Source: an uncultured Solirubrobacterales bacterium (GTDB lineage: Bacteria > Actinomycetota > Thermoleophilia > Solirubrobacterales > 70-9). From it: DNA of 64,000 nt. Under the pieces are notes generated by a model. That model saw nothing but the letters and a program-made list of their open reading frames with translations, had not been told where the DNA came from and did not search any database. The stretch covers positions 15,585 through 79,584 of the forward strand of contig CAWABN010000016.1 of the NCBI GenBank assembly GCA_963780305.1, written 5' to 3'. Shown piece after piece: positions 1 through 11,108 of the stretch (positions are counted from its first letter, which is position 1; every line of letters begins with the position of its first letter). Made by a program: the position numbers and the translations under genes.

Positions 1-208
1 CATGCTGCTGGAGGGCCTGGAAGGTCGGGATCTCGGCCTGGTCGAGGATGTAGTGGACGACCGCCTGATTCCGATCGATCCTCACCTGGACCAGCTGATT
101 GGTGGTGAAGTTACCCAGTGGGTGAGCGCCCGCGGCGCCGGCGCTCGCGCCCAAAGCCACCAAGCAGAGGGCCAGCGCAACGAGGAAGCGGCGAGCGCCG
201 GCGTTCAT
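1..208 (-). CDS. 5' part of a secreted/membrane protein gene that runs off the left edge. It has a signal peptide followed by an AHPLGNF motif, and may belong with NicO-type nickel transporter-associated proteins.
   Basis: Minus-strand ATG at 208-206 gives MNAGARRFLVALALCLVALGASAGAAGAHPLGNFTTNQLVQVRIDRNQAVVHYILDQAEIPTF... The start overlaps the stop of the upstream TPR gene (ATGA). The family guess is from memory only. Confidence 0.5.
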   Translation of the reverse strand, partial: MNAGARRFLVALALCLVALGASAGAAGAHPLGNFTTNQLVQVRIDRNQAVVHYILDQAEIPTFQALQQH

Positions 209-1573
209 CCCAGACCCCCCAGGGCCCGCTCCGCCTGTGGGCCGTAGAGCGGGCTGAACCGCGGGCTCTGTGCGACCAAGGCTCCGAGCAGCCGTCTCGC
301 CTCAGCGCTGTCCCCCGAGGCCCGCGCGATCATCCCGGCGTGGAAGAGGAAGAAGGGATCGCGGCTCCCCAGCCTCATCGCCTGGGCCGAGATCTTCGAG
401 GCCGCGGCGTGGCGCCCGGCCCGGTGGAGCGCCCAGGAGAGCGCATCCGCCGAACGCACGCTCGGCGCCGCCTCCATTGCCCGCCGGCCCAGCACCACGG
501 CCCTGCCCGCGGAGCCGTGGTCTGCCTCGAACAGCGCCAGATCGACGTCCGTGTTGACCCCGCCGGAGGCGAGCAGCCTTGCCTCGACCGCCACCAGCGC
601 GTAGGCCCGCTCGGCCTCGGCCCGCTTGCCCGCTGCCTCCGCGGCCTCGCCCAGCGCGATCGCGTACTCGGGAAGGGGCAAACGCTCGATCACCGCGCGA
701 TAGCCGGCGATCGCGCGGTCGTACTCCCCGCGGATCGCGTCGATCCGGGCGCGCCCGGCGAGCGCCGGACCGTAGTCGGGATCGCCCGCAAGCGCCTGGC
801 GGTAGGCGCGATCCGCCGCCCCGTAGTTGCCGAGATCGATCTCGAGCTTGCCGAGCAGCGACTGGACGTAGGCCTGCGCCTCCGGCGCCCCGGCGCCGGC
901 GTCGGCTGCGAGCTGCATCGCCTGGAGCGAACCGGGAAGGTCTCCATGGAGCTCGCGGTAGTAGGAGGCCCGCGCGTAAGAGCCCAGGTTCGGCTTCAGC
1001 GCGAGCATCCGTCCCAGGGTGCGCTCGGCGGCGCCGTACCGGCCGAGCTCGATCTGAGCGTCGACGAGGGGGGCGTAGGGCGCCACCAGCGCGGGCTCGA
1101 GGGCATGTGCCCGCCGGGCCAGCTCCAGTCCGCCTGCGAAGTCGTGGCGCGCGAGCGCCAATGTCGCCTGCCCCGCGAGAGCCTCCACCTGCGCCGGGTC
1201 GTTGCCGAGAGCCTCCGAGTAGGCCTCATCGGCCCTCGTGTAGTAGGCCGGGTCGGCGGTCTCCCGGGCGCGCTGGTAATAGGCGCCCCCGAGCTGGGCG
1301 GCCAAATGGGCGTCGGAGGGATCCGCCGCGAGGGCATCCTGGAGGATCTCCACCTGGGCCTCGGTATCGCCGAGGGGCAGGGCGGCAAGGTCGGGTGTGG
1401 CGTCGGGCCCGGCCGGCTCCGATGAACGGTTCAGCGCGGCAAGGACGAGGAATAGAACGCCGAAAACCGCCAGCGGCGCGAGCCAGCGGATCGCGGTTGC
1501 GGTGCGAGAGCGGAGCCGGGGGCGGGCCGGCCCGTCGGCCGGGGAAGGGGGTTCGGTGAGCGAGCTCTGTCAT
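205..1573 (-). CDS. Membrane-anchored tetratricopeptide (TPR) repeat protein with one apparent frameshift near 1490
   Basis: ORF 205..1353 is TPR-like throughout. In frame upstream lies a TM helix (IRWLAPLAVFGVLFLVLAAL) with no start codon. The ATG at 1573-1571 (MTELAHRTPF..) is in a neighbouring frame. Confidence 0.7.
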
Positions 1574-1686
1574 CTCAAGTCCTGTGGTCGCGGGTGCTCG
1601 GGATGCGATTCCCGGATGGGCCCGGGGACGCCGCGCTTGCGGCGCCCCCGAACCCATTTCCCGGATCTCCACTCGGTGGCCTCTGT

Positions 1687-3138
1687 CTAGGGGCCGCCCG
1701 GAGGAGTCGGCGCGTGAGCCGGCTCGAACCGCTGGCTGGGATTCGAGTCGAACCCGGAGTCCGGATCCGCGAGGTAGGGGAAGACCGACAGGAACGACTT
1801 GTCGTTCTTGTCGACTCCATCACCCAGCGGTACCGGATTGCCAACCAGGATCCCGGCCACGACCTGGAGCTCGATGTCGACGACATCGTCTCCGAGGCGG
1901 CGACCGTTCGGGAACCCGGCGTTGTCGCCACCGATCACGCCGAAGCGGCTCGGTGACATCGACGGCGGAGTCCCCAGGTTGATCTTCAGGGTGTCAACCG
2001 GGGTCCCGGCCGCCGGCCCGGAGTGCCGATTGAGGTTCGGCAGCCCCTGGAGCAGCGCCAGAACGATGTCGCTCCGGCCTGTCGTTGGAGCACCAACGTT
2101 GAACAGAGCGTTCAGGATCCCCGCGAGCTCCGGGTTGGTGACGAACTGGCCGTAGTTGGCTAGGTCATCGTCCGGGGTCGTGCGGTTGAACCGATCCTTC
2201 TGGCCCAGCGGGATGACCACCTCGTTGACGAGGGGGTTGCCGAGACGCGAGACCTGGACGAAGGGGTTGCCCTTCTTCCGGCCTTGCGTCTTCCCGACCT
2301 TCGTCGCGTTGGTGGGCTCGAGCCTGCGACGCTCGGAGCTCGACCAGACGCCGACGACGGGGTCGCCGGAGTTGGCGGCGGGCTGCTGGTCCCGGGTCAC
2401 GAACTGCTCCGGGACCTGGATGATCGTCGACGAGGTCGAGTACCCCGAGAAATCATCCTTGCCCTGACCCACGTTGCCGGTCCCCTGACGCACGTTGATC
2501 GCGTCAAAGGTGGCGCCGAGGTCGACGAAGAACGGATCGTCGCGGCTACCCGCGAAGACCTTCGTCCCGTCGGCCAGAGTGTTCGTCGCCTGAGCGACGA
2601 AGTTCTGGTAGTTCGGGAACGTCTTCGGCCCGATGTTCGGCGGGGCAACCGGAAGGCCGCTGCCCACCGTCTTGCGGCTGGCGACCTTACCGTTCTTCTT
2701 GAGCGTCTCCCGAACCAGCTTGTAGCGCTGGCTTACGTTGAGGCCAGGATCGTTGAAATCCTGGGTCCCCGGGCCCGCGTACAGGAACGAGTTCGGGTTC
2801 CTGACACTCGTCTTGAACTTGAACAGGTAACGGATGTCCGGCTTGCCTTCACCGGTGTTGTCGATGTTGATGTAGTACCTCGCTCGATCGTCAAACCGGA
2901 AGAAGTTCGGTCCGTTGGCCGGAACCTCTCCGGGGATCCAATTCGCGACAACCGTCAGCGCGTTCGGTGCATCATCTGCGGTGAACGCGTAGACGTCCGT
3001 GTTGTCAGCGGACGGATCGAGCATGATGTTGGGCGCTTCGCGATGGCTGGAGCCGATGCTCAACGGCACCGCTATGGCCGCCGCGGCAATAACCGACGCG
3101 ACCAGGGTCACCCGTCGCGCAGTTAACTTTGTTCTCAT
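1687..3138 (-). CDS. Secreted DUF4331 domain protein
   Basis: ATG at 3138 is preceded by GGGGA. A signal peptide (VTLVASVIAAAAIAVPLSIG) is followed by the SSHREAP motif typical of DUF4331. 483 aa, one uninterrupted frame. Confidence 0.85.
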   Translation of the reverse strand: MRTKLTARRVTLVASVIAAAAIAVPLSIGSSHREAPNIMLDPSADNTDVYAFTADDAPNALTVVANWIPGEVPANGPNFFRFDDRARYYINIDNTGEGKPDIRYLFKFKTSVRNPNSFLYAGPGTQDFNDPGLNVSQRYKLVRETLKKNGKVASRKTVGSGLPVAPPNIGPKTFPNYQNFVAQATNTLADGTKVFAGSRDDPFFVDLGATFDAINVRQGTGNVGQGKDDFSGYSTSSTIIQVPEQFVTRDQQPAANSGDPVVGVWSSSERRRLEPTNATKVGKTQGRKKGNPFVQVSRLGNPLVNEVVIPLGQKDRFNRTTPDDDLANYGQFVTNPELAGILNALFNVGAPTTGRSDIVLALLQGLPNLNRHSGPAAGTPVDTLKINLGTPPSMSPSRFGVIGGDNAGFPNGRRLGDDVVDIELQVVAGILVGNPVPLGDGVDKNDKSFLSVFPYLADPDSGFDSNPSQRFEPAHAPTPPGGP

Positions 3139-3250
3139 CACTCGGTCCCCTGTCTTTGGATAACGGTTAAACGAAAGACGGAGCCTTGGTCGAATTGATG
3201 ATCCGGCCCGGGCTGACCTTCGTTGTTGCTGATTACGGGGGCGCAATCAA

Positions 3251-4268
3251 ATGGATCACCGACACTTCAAAAAACTTCTGCCGCTCGCCCTGATCGCGGT
3301 ATCGGTCGCCGGCTGCGGCGGCGGCGACGAGAAAGCACAGCCGGCCGGGGGGACCCTGGAGCCAGCCGCCGCTCGCCCGATTCGGGTGGGCGGATCCCCG
3401 ATCGCCGTTGCAGCCGGGGAGGGTGCGGTCTGGGTTGCCGACAACACCGGAGGCACGGTCACTCGGATCGACCCGACGACCGGCGCGGTCGACCCGGATC
3501 CGATTCGCGTGGGGAGTGGTCCCGAGGCGATCGCGGTCGGGGGCGGCGGCGTCTACGTCGCCTGCGGCGACGACAGCGTCTGGCGGATCGATCCGACCAC
3601 TGGGGAGGCCACCCGCGCCCCGGTCACGATTGGTGATCCGGCAGGAATCGCCGTCGGAGACGGCGAGGTCTGGGTGACGAGTGCCTCTGAGGGCACCGTA
3701 TCCCGCCTCGATCCCGCCACGCTGGAGCTGAAGGGAGAGCCGGTTGCCGTGGGTGCCCAGCCCGGCGACGTGGTCGTCGGCGATGGCCGCGCCTGGGTCG
3801 CCAACGTCCGCGACGGCACCGTCTCGGGGATCGACGAGCTCGAGCGGGGAGGTGGTGACCACGGTCGACGCGGGGGAGTTCGGCGTGTTCGCCCTCGCCC
3901 GCGGCGACCAGGGCCTGCTGGCCGCCCGGACGGACGACCGGCTCGCTCGCGAGATCGAGCTCGTCCACATCGATCAGGAGAGCGGCGAGATCGAGGGCGA
4001 TGCGGTCGAGGTTCCGGGGGCCGTCATCCCGATCCGACTCGCCGCCGGGGAGGACGCCGTCTGGGTGACCATCGCCGGCGGCCCGGCCCCACCGAACTTC
4101 GAACAGCGCCCGGCGCAGATCGCCTACCTCGCCGATGGCGAGTCCGATCTCGCCTCGAGGCGGATTGAAGTCGGCCAGCGGCCCACCGGCATAGCGGTCG
4201 GTTACGGGCGGGTCTGGGTGGCCAGCGCCGATCAGGGCACGGTCACCCCGATCGACGCCCAGGGCTGA
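3251..4268 (+). CDS. Lipoprotein with beta-propeller-type ~40-aa repeats (one frameshift near 3840)
   Basis: Lipobox LIAVSVAGC. Repeated units of the form G.P..IAVG.G.VWV....G.V.RIDP.T. Reading continues in the frame of ORF 3744..4268. Confidence 0.7.
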
Positions 4269-4350
4269 GCCGCGGCTTTGCCCGAGAGCGTTCCGGCGGG
4301 CCGGTAACCTCGGGACTCAGGCGTACCCCACGGTCGCCAGGGATCGTCAA

Positions 4351-4788
4351 ATGACCGCAGTGCTACATGCCATCCGAAGGGTCCTGGTCGGCACTGGCTC
4401 GACCGCCTTCACCCTGGTCGGCGCAATGCTGATCGGCTTCGGGGTGCCGCTCTTCTGGATCTGGATCGCGTCGCACCTCTACGACAAGCCGGGCGCCGTC
4501 AACGGGTCAGTCGCCGCCTTCATCGGCACCGGCATCCTGGTCAGCTACTGGGGAATCCTCCTGCTCGCTTCGTGGATTCGCGCCCGGCTGATCGGCCGGG
4601 CCGCGGAGCCGGGGCCGCGCCGCGCCTCCTGGAACCGAAGCATGCGCGACAGCCCGTTCAGGCCGGGTCAGGATCGGAGCGACCCGATCGAGCGCCTCTT
4701 CGTCGCCACCGCGATCATCTCCCTGATCGGCTTCGCGATCTGGTTCGCCTTCTTCGCCGGGGCGCCGTTCCCCAGCAACCCGGGCTGA
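4351..4788 (+). CDS. Hypothetical integral membrane protein (about 4 TM helices)
   Basis: ATG ORF of 145 aa with four hydrophobic stretches and no recognisable motif. Confidence 0.6.
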   Translation: MTAVLHAIRRVLVGTGSTAFTLVGAMLIGFGVPLFWIWIASHLYDKPGAVNGSVAAFIGTGILVSYWGILLLASWIRARLIGRAAEPGPRRASWNRSMRDSPFRPGQDRSDPIERLFVATAIISLIGFAIWFAFFAGAPFPSNPG

Positions 4789-4930
4789 GCCTCGACTAGA
4801 AGGCCCCCGCGACGACGGGCCGCTCAGTCGATGGTGGCGCGGCGTAGGAGGCGCGGAGCCGTCACCGATTCGGCGCCCTCTGGTTCGAATCAGCGGCTGA
4901 GCCGTCGGGCGCCGTCCATACGATCGTCGG

Positions 4931-6305
4931 GTGGCGAAGCCAAGGCGATCGTTCAGGTGCTCCGAGTGCGGGCGGCAGGCGCTGGCCTGGTCGGGGCAGT
5001 GCGCCGGCTGCGGCGCCTGGAACACCCTGGAGGAGGTGACGGCGGCGCCCGCCGGGGCGCGCGCGGGAGCCCGGCCGCGGCGAGACGCTCCCCGCCCGAC
5101 GCCGCTGCGTGAGGTCAGCGCCGAGCGCTCCGCGCGCCTGCCCACCGGGATCGCGGAGCTCGACCGGGTGCTCGGGGGCGGGCTGGTCCCCGGGTCGCTG
5201 ATCCTGCTCGGGGGCGCCCCCGGGATCGGCAAGAGCACGATCGCGGGGATGGCCCTGGCCAATCTCGCCGCCGCCGGCGGCCAGACGCTCTACGTCTCCG
5301 GAGAGGAATCGGCGGCCCAGGTGAGGCGGCGGGCCGAGCGGCTCGGCGAGGCGGCGCTGGACGTGCCGATGCTGGCCGAGCCCTCGCTGGAGGCGGTCCT
5401 CTGCTGCGCTCGAGTCCGAGCGCCCCGACGCCTGCGTGATCGACTCGGTGCAGACCCTGGCGGTGGCCGAGGCGGCGCCGGGAAGCGTCGGCGCCGTGCG
5501 CGAGGCGACCTCCGCATTGCTGGAGGCGGCGAAGCGACTCGATGTCACCCTGATCCTGATCGGCCACCTGACCAAGGAGGGCTCTCTGGCGGGGCCCCGG
5601 GCGCTCGAGCACCTGGTCGACTGCGTTCTCCACTTCGAGGGGGAGCGGGAGCGGACCTTCCGCACGCTCAGGGCGCTCAAGAACCGCTTCGGTGCCACCA
5701 GCGAGATCGGCGTCTTCGAGATGCGGGCGGGTGGCCTGGTCGAGGTCGCCGACCCCTCCGCCCGCTTCGTCGGCGAGGCCCGGCCGGCCGCCGGCTCGGT
5801 GATCCTCTGCGCGATGGAGGGGACCCGGCCGCTGCTGGTCGAGGTCCAGGCCCTGGTCGCCCCGACCGAGGTGGAGCCGCCGCGGCGGACCGCGACCGGC
5901 GTCGACCGCAACCGGCTCGCCCTGGTGCTCGCGGTCCTCTCCCGCCACGCCGGGCTGCCGCTCTCCTCGGCGGACGTCTTCGTCAACGTCGCCGGCGGCA
6001 TCCGGGTGGACGAGCCGGGCGCCGACCTGGCGGTGGCGCTCGCGGTCGCCTCGGCGCAGTCGGGCCGGCCGCTCGAGTCCGGCGGCAAGCCGCTCGCCTG
6101 CTTCGGCGAGCTCGGCCTCACCGGGGAGATCCGCTACGTCGCTCACGCCGACCGCCGGGTCGCCGAGGCTCGCAAGTTCGGCCTCGCTCGAGTCCTCGGC
6201 CCACCCCCGGGCGACGAATCGATCGACGGCCTCAGCAGCGCCGGGTCCCTTGCGGAAGCATTGAGAGGCGTTAACGCTCGGGGGTCCTTGAGAAAAGCGG
6301 CGTAG
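4931..6305 (+). CDS. radA: DNA repair protein RadA (one frameshift at about 5400-5435)
   Basis: Zinc ribbon CSECG..CAGCGAWN and Walker A GAPGIGKST. After the frame change come LKNRFGATSE and a Lon-like C-terminus (ORFs 4931..6274 and 5436..6305). Confidence 0.9.
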
Positions 6306-6487
6306 GTCGGGCGGGTGGCGCCGCGGGGGGCCCCATCCGAGGACGCATCCGCGCCCGCAGGATGGGGGGCACCGCGGCGACAGGACCCGCCCGCCGCGCG
6401 CCCCCGCTTGACAACGGTTTATCCGAGCTATCCACACGGATTTCCCCGCAAGTCGGCCCCCTTTTCTTTCTGCCACCATGGACGTCG

Positions 6488-7603
6488 ATGGCGTCTGAAG
6501 CCCCCGGCGATGAACTTCAGGAGCTGGAGGCGCGACAGGACCCGCGACTGCTTCGGGCGCTCGACATCGTCGCGCCGGGAACCGCGCTCCGCGAGGGGAT
6601 CGACAGCATCGTCAACTCGCGCACCGGCGGGCTGATCGTCATCGGAGATCCCGAGGACGTCTCCTTCCTCTTCTCCGGCGGGATCAGCCTCGAGATCGAC
6701 TACACCCCGGCGCTGCTCTATCAGGTGGCGAAGATGGACGGCGCGATCGTCCTCAACGAGCATGCGACCAAGATCGTCGGCGCCAACGTACAGCTGATGC
6801 CCGACCCGACGATTCTCTCCTCGGAGACCGGCACCCGCCACCGCACCGCCGAGCGAGTCTCGAAGCAAACCGACGCCCTGGTGGTAGCGATCTCCGAGCG
6901 ACGCGACGTCGTCTCCCTCTATCTCGGCGGGATGAAGTACATCCTCCAGGACATCCCCGCGGTGCTGGCGAAGGCGAACCAGGGGCTGGCGACGCTCGAC
7001 AAGTACCGCGCCCGACTCGACGCGGTCTCGACCCGGCTCACCCGGCTCGAGTTCGAGGGCGGCTCGGTCCTCTACGACGTGCTCTCGGTGCTCCAGCGCG
7101 CCGAGCTGGTCACCCGGATGGCGGTCGAGGTCGAGCGCTACATCGTCGAGCTCGGCACCGAGGGCCGCCTGATCGAGATGCAGCTCGAGGAGACGATGGT
7201 CGGCGTCGCCGCCGACAAGTCGGCGCTGATCCGCGACTACTCGGTCGAAGACACCGAGGAGAACCTTGCAACCACGATCGCCCAGATCGCCCGCATGGAT
7301 CACCAGGACCTGCTCGACTTCGGTCGCCTCGCCGAGCTCCTCGGCTACGACCGCAAGGTCTCCACCCTCGACTTCCCCGTATCCCCCCGCGGCTACCGGG
7401 TCCTCGGCCGGATCCCCCGCCTCCCAAAGCTGGTGGTGCAGCGGATCATCCACGAGTTCGGGGGGCTGGAGGAGGTGCTCGCCGCAAGCGACGAGGACCT
7501 CGAGGACGTGGAGGGCGTGGGGACGACCCGCGCCAAGGACATCCGCGAGGGTGTGCGGAGGCTTCAGGAGGTCGACCCGATCGACCGCTACTTGCAGTCT
7601 TAG
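6488..7603 (+). CDS. disA: DNA integrity scanning protein DisA (diadenylate cyclase)
   Basis: ATG at 6488. DAC motifs RTGGLIVIG, DGAIVL and GTRHRTAER, with a C-terminal HhH region. It directly follows radA. Confidence 0.9.
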   Translation: MASEAPGDELQELEARQDPRLLRALDIVAPGTALREGIDSIVNSRTGGLIVIGDPEDVSFLFSGGISLEIDYTPALLYQVAKMDGAIVLNEHATKIVGANVQLMPDPTILSSETGTRHRTAERVSKQTDALVVAISERRDVVSLYLGGMKYILQDIPAVLAKANQGLATLDKYRARLDAVSTRLTRLEFEGGSVLYDVLSVLQRAELVTRMAVEVERYIVELGTEGRLIEMQLEETMVGVAADKSALIRDYSVEDTEENLATTIAQIARMDHQDLLDFGRLAELLGYDRKVSTLDFPVSPRGYRVLGRIPRLPKLVVQRIIHEFGGLEEVLAASDEDLEDVEGVGTTRAKDIREGVRRLQEVDPIDRYLQS

Positions 7604-7624
7604 ACGGCGCCGGAAGGCGCCGTC
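7604..7624 (+). terminator. Stem-loop immediately after disA
   Basis: GACGGCGCC-GGAA-GGCGCCGTC, a perfect 9-bp stem with a GNRA-type loop, 1 nt after the stop. There is no clear U tract. Confidence 0.5.
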
Positions 7625-7712
7625 TCTACGAAAGGAGAGACCAATTCCAGAGCTAATCGAGGAGGTAGCAGACGAGGCGACAGTAGCCACCCTCGACATC
7701 GAGGCCCCAACC

Positions 7713-8222
7713 TTGAACTTCGAGGTCGGTGACAACGTCGTCTACCCGCATCACGGAGCGGGTGTGGTCCTGAAGAAGGAGACGAAGGACCTGCTGGGGG
7801 AGAAGCGGGACTACCTGACGATCAACATCCTCCACAACAACATGACCGTAATGGTGCCCTGTGAGAACGCCACCCAGGCCGGGCTCCGGCGGGTCATCGA
7901 CGAGGAGCAGGTGAAGAAGGTGATCGGAGTGCTCACGGACGAGGTCTCCGAGATGCCGAAGAACTGGAACCGGCGGTTCAAGCACAACCGCGAGAAGATC
8001 AAGACCGGCGACGTCTACGAGCTCGCCGAGGTGGTCCGCAACCTCGCGATTCGCGAGTGGGAGAAGGGGCTCTCGACCGGCGAGAAGCAGATGTACACCC
8101 GCGCGAAGAAGATCCTCGCGTCGGAGTTCATGTACGCCCTCGACAAGGACGAGGACGGCGCCGAGGCCTATCTGGACGAGCTGCTGGAGGAGCGTTTCGG
8201 CGCCCCCAAAGCGACCGCCTGA
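7713..8222 (+). CDS. carD: CarD/CdnL family RNA polymerase-binding regulator
   Basis: TTG at 7713 gives (M)NFEVGDNVVYPHHGAGVV.., matching CarD N-termini. The start is uncertain because a strong AAAGGAGAG lies further upstream at 7631-7639. Confidence 0.85.
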   Translation: MNFEVGDNVVYPHHGAGVVLKKETKDLLGEKRDYLTINILHNNMTVMVPCENATQAGLRRVIDEEQVKKVIGVLTDEVSEMPKNWNRRFKHNREKIKTGDVYELAEVVRNLAIREWEKGLSTGEKQMYTRAKKILASEFMYALDKDEDGAEAYLDELLEERFGAPKATA

Positions 8223-8247
8223 GCGGGCGCGCAGCTCAGCATCGGCC

Positions 8248-8974
8248 GTGATCGCGGCCGCCGGCTCCGGGCAGAGGCTCGGAGCCGGTGGCCCGAAGGC
8301 CTTCGTCGAGCTGGCCGGCAGGCCGCTGCTCGAATGGACGCTGGAGGCGCTCCGGGGCGCCGCTTCGATCGCCGAGGTGATCGTGGCGGCGCCGCCCGGG
8401 TCGGAGAGCCGGGTGAGCGAGCTCGGCGTGCTGGCGGTCGCGGGAGGCGAGCATCGCTCCGAGTCGGTGGCGAACGCCCTGGAGCTCGTCGGTGAGGAGC
8501 TGGTGGTCGTCCACGATGCGGCCCGGCCGCTGGTGACGCCGGGGCTGGTCGACGCGGTGGTCGAGCGAGCTGGCGGCCGAGGACCCGACGCGGGCCGTGA
8601 TCGCCGCGGCGCCTGTCACCGACACGATCAAGGAGGCGTCTGGGACGGGCAGGGTGGAGCGAACCCTCGATCGCTCCCGGCTGTGGGCGGTGCAGACTCC
8701 CCAGGCGTTCCGCATCGACGCCCTGCGCGAGGCGCTGGCCGTCGCCCCCGGCGATCTGGCCGGCGCCACCGACGAGGCGATGCTGGTCGAGCGCCGAGGT
8801 GGCGCGGTGCTGATCCACTCGGCTCCGCCCGAGAACATCAAGGTGACCACGCCGTTCGACTTGCGGGCTGCCGAGCTTCTCCTACGAGAGCGGGCCCGAG
8901 GCGGCTACGGCGAAACGGCGAGGGCGACCGAGCCGCCGAGCGCCGCAAACCCGAGGACCGCCCAGGCGACGTAA
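8248..8974 (+). CDS. ispD: 2-C-methyl-D-erythritol 4-phosphate cytidylyltransferase IspD (one frameshift near 8575)
   Basis: AAGSGQRLG and VVHDAARP in the first frame. PVTDTIKEA and VQTPQAFR in ORF 8597..8974. Confidence 0.85.
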
Positions 8975-10748
8975 TCCCCGATCTGGCCCGAGTGGAGCCG
9001 CCGAGGTGAAGCAGCGCGGCGCCCAAGTGGGTTCAGCCTCCCCTCGGGATAGGAGAAGGGCCGCCGGCGGCGGAGGAGGGCGGCAGCGACGGCGAACGAG
9101 CCGAGCGCGCTCAGCAACGACAGGACCACCTCGCAGCGCGCCGATGTGGAGCTGGCCCGCGGGCAGCGGGGACGGGCAGCGGCCGGTCGAGCACGGCCGC
9201 GTCATACAGCGCCCGATCGGTGAACTGGGCGGCCGCCTCCTGGGCCCGATCGACCAGTCCCGGGATCGCGCCGAGGACCAGGCCGGCGACGATCAGGACG
9301 GTCGCGCTCACCAGCATCACGGCCGGCGTGTAGCCGCGCGCCCCGGCACCTCGCTCTCCTCGATCTCGCCCTCCTCGGTCTCGGGCTTGATCCCGCGCCC
9401 GAGGAAGATCCGCGCCGGCGGCCCGCAGCAGCGCACCGGAGGTGAGCGACCGTCGCGACCGACGACGACGGCGACCCAGCCGTAGCCCGACGTCGGCCGC
9501 CGCCTCCTCGAGCAGGCCCTTTCCCGCGAACGCGCCAGCGGCGGCAGCGCCGGCCAGCCCGAGCGCCCCGGCGACGAACAGGACCCCGACCAGCCTGCGG
9601 GACCTCGCCGCCCGCGTCCGTGGAGCCGCAGCTCGTGGATGCTCGCGCAGCGGTGGAGCAGGATCCCCAGACAGACGAACAGGCCGGCTCGCAGCAGCCC
9701 GTCGGCGGGGACGAGGAGCGCCGCCGCCGGCGAGCCCGCCCGGGCGTCAGCAGCGCCACCCCGATCAGCGCCAGCCCGACCTGGCTGATCGTCACGAAGG
9801 CGAGCAGCCGCTTGAGGTGGTTCTGGACCAGGCACATCACCGCTCCGAGCAGGGCGGTCACGACCGCGAAGGTCACCAGGACGACCCGGATCCCCTCCAC
9901 GTGGGCGCCCAGCGGCCCCTCGAACACGGTCCAGTAGACCCGGGCGACCGCGTAGATGCCGAGGTCGCTCATCACGCCCGGAGAACACGATCGCGGCCGG
10001 CGTCGGCGCGACCGCGTAGGCGTCGGCGAGCCAGAAGTGGAACGGCACCGACCGCCGCCTTGACCAGGAAGCCGCCGACGATCAGGGCGAAGGCGACGAC
10101 CACCAGGCCGTCGGCGGGCTCCGTCCGGCGAGGCCTCGCCGACCTGGGCCATGTTCAGCGCGCCCGTGCGCCCGTAGAGCAGCGCGATCCCGAACAGGAT
10201 CATCATCGCGCCGACCGCTGTTGGTGACCGCGAAGCTCAGCGCGCCCTGGAGCGGGCCCCGGCCCCTCGATGCGGTAGGCGGTGAGCGCGTAGGCGCGAG
10301 ACGCTCATCAGCTCGAAGAAGACGAACAGGTTGAAGAGGTCGCCCGGTGAGGGCGAACCCGGCCAGCCCGCCCAGGAAGACGAGCAGGAGAGGCGTGGAA
10401 GATCGGGCCCTGGGGTCTCGAAGTAGCGCCAGGTGAACAGGAAGGCGGCGCCGACCAGCGCCGCCGCCAGGGTCGCCAGGCCGGCCCCGAGCGGGTCGAA
10501 GGCCATCGTCGATGCCGAGCTCGACCCCGCCGGCGCGGGCGCCAGCCGCCGAGCTAGGAGACCACCGGCCCGTCGCGAGCCGAGGGCGTCGAACGAGGAG
10601 GGCGCCGCAGAGGATCACCACCGCGGTCGCTGCGATCACGATGGCGATCAGGTCGTCGCGCGTCGCGTTCAGCGGCAGCGAGCGCCGCCAGCAGGGCAGC
10701 GACGAGCGAACGGCACTCGCGACGGCGAGCGGGAGCGAGCTCTTCCAT
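8905..10748 (-). pseudogene. mrpD: Mrp antiporter large subunit (MrpD/MrpA, NuoL/M/N-like), heavily frame-broken
   Basis: Fragments occur in all three minus frames: MEELAP.., DLFNLFVFFELMSVS, MPFHFWLADAYAVAPTPAAIVFSG, MMILFGIALLYGRTGALNMAQV, and a tail RRLHSGQIGDYVAWAVLGFAALGG. At least 8 frame changes. Confidence 0.7.
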
Positions 10749-10762
10749 CGATCGCGGTCCCG

Positions 10763-11108
10763 TCAGTCGCGCAGCGGGTCGAGCTCGTCCGGGTCGAGCG
10801 TGCCGAAGCGCTTGAGGGCCTGCACCGCGATCGCGAGCAGGAGCGCGGTGACCGTGCCGCCGACGACGACGTCGGTGAGGGTCAGGGCCTGGACCACCGG
10901 GTCGACCGCGTGCGTGTCCAGCGGGATGTCGACGAAGATCGGCGCGGCGCCGTCCCTTGCGGTAGCCGATCCGCGAGCAGGAGCAGGTAGGTCGAGGACT
11001 GCGCGACGTACAGGCAGATGACGAGGTGGATCAGGTGGCGGCTGGTGACGACCCCGTAGAGCCCGACCAGGAGGACCAGACGGCGACCGAGTAGGGAGCG
11101 AGGCTCAT
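10763..11108 (-). pseudogene. mrpC: Mrp antiporter subunit C (NuoK-like), two frame changes
   Basis: Starts MSLAPYSVAVW.. with an ATGA overlap on the mrpB stop. Ends ..LKRFGTLDPDELDPLRD. Confidence 0.7.

Noticed and set aside
118-1425. Very long ORFs that are antisense to, or out of frame with, the genes called above. Examples are 118..1425+, 5115..6479-, 6428..7735-, 26540..27628-, 35049..36218-, 40286..41776-, 42285..43754+, 48675..50300+, 48871..50292- and 50540..51811-.
   Set aside because: Their translations are Arg/Pro/Gly/Ala-rich low-complexity strings with no motifs. Each overlaps a gene with clear family signatures on the other strand or in another frame. This is the usual stop-codon scarcity of ~70% GC DNA.
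6331-6367. CCCCATCC..21 nt..GGATGGGG stem after radA, plus a TTGACA hexamer at 6409, considered as a terminator and disA promoter.
   Set aside because: The stem has a large loop and no U tract. No acceptable -10 element lies at 16-18 nt from the TTGACA. The evidence is too weak to list as a feature.
7631-7646. A strong AAAGGAGAG followed by an in-frame ATT at 7644, considered as the carD start.
   Set aside because: ATT starts are very rare. The TTG at 7713 gives an N-terminus (MNFEVGD..) matching CarD proteins. The longer form remains possible but is unsupported.
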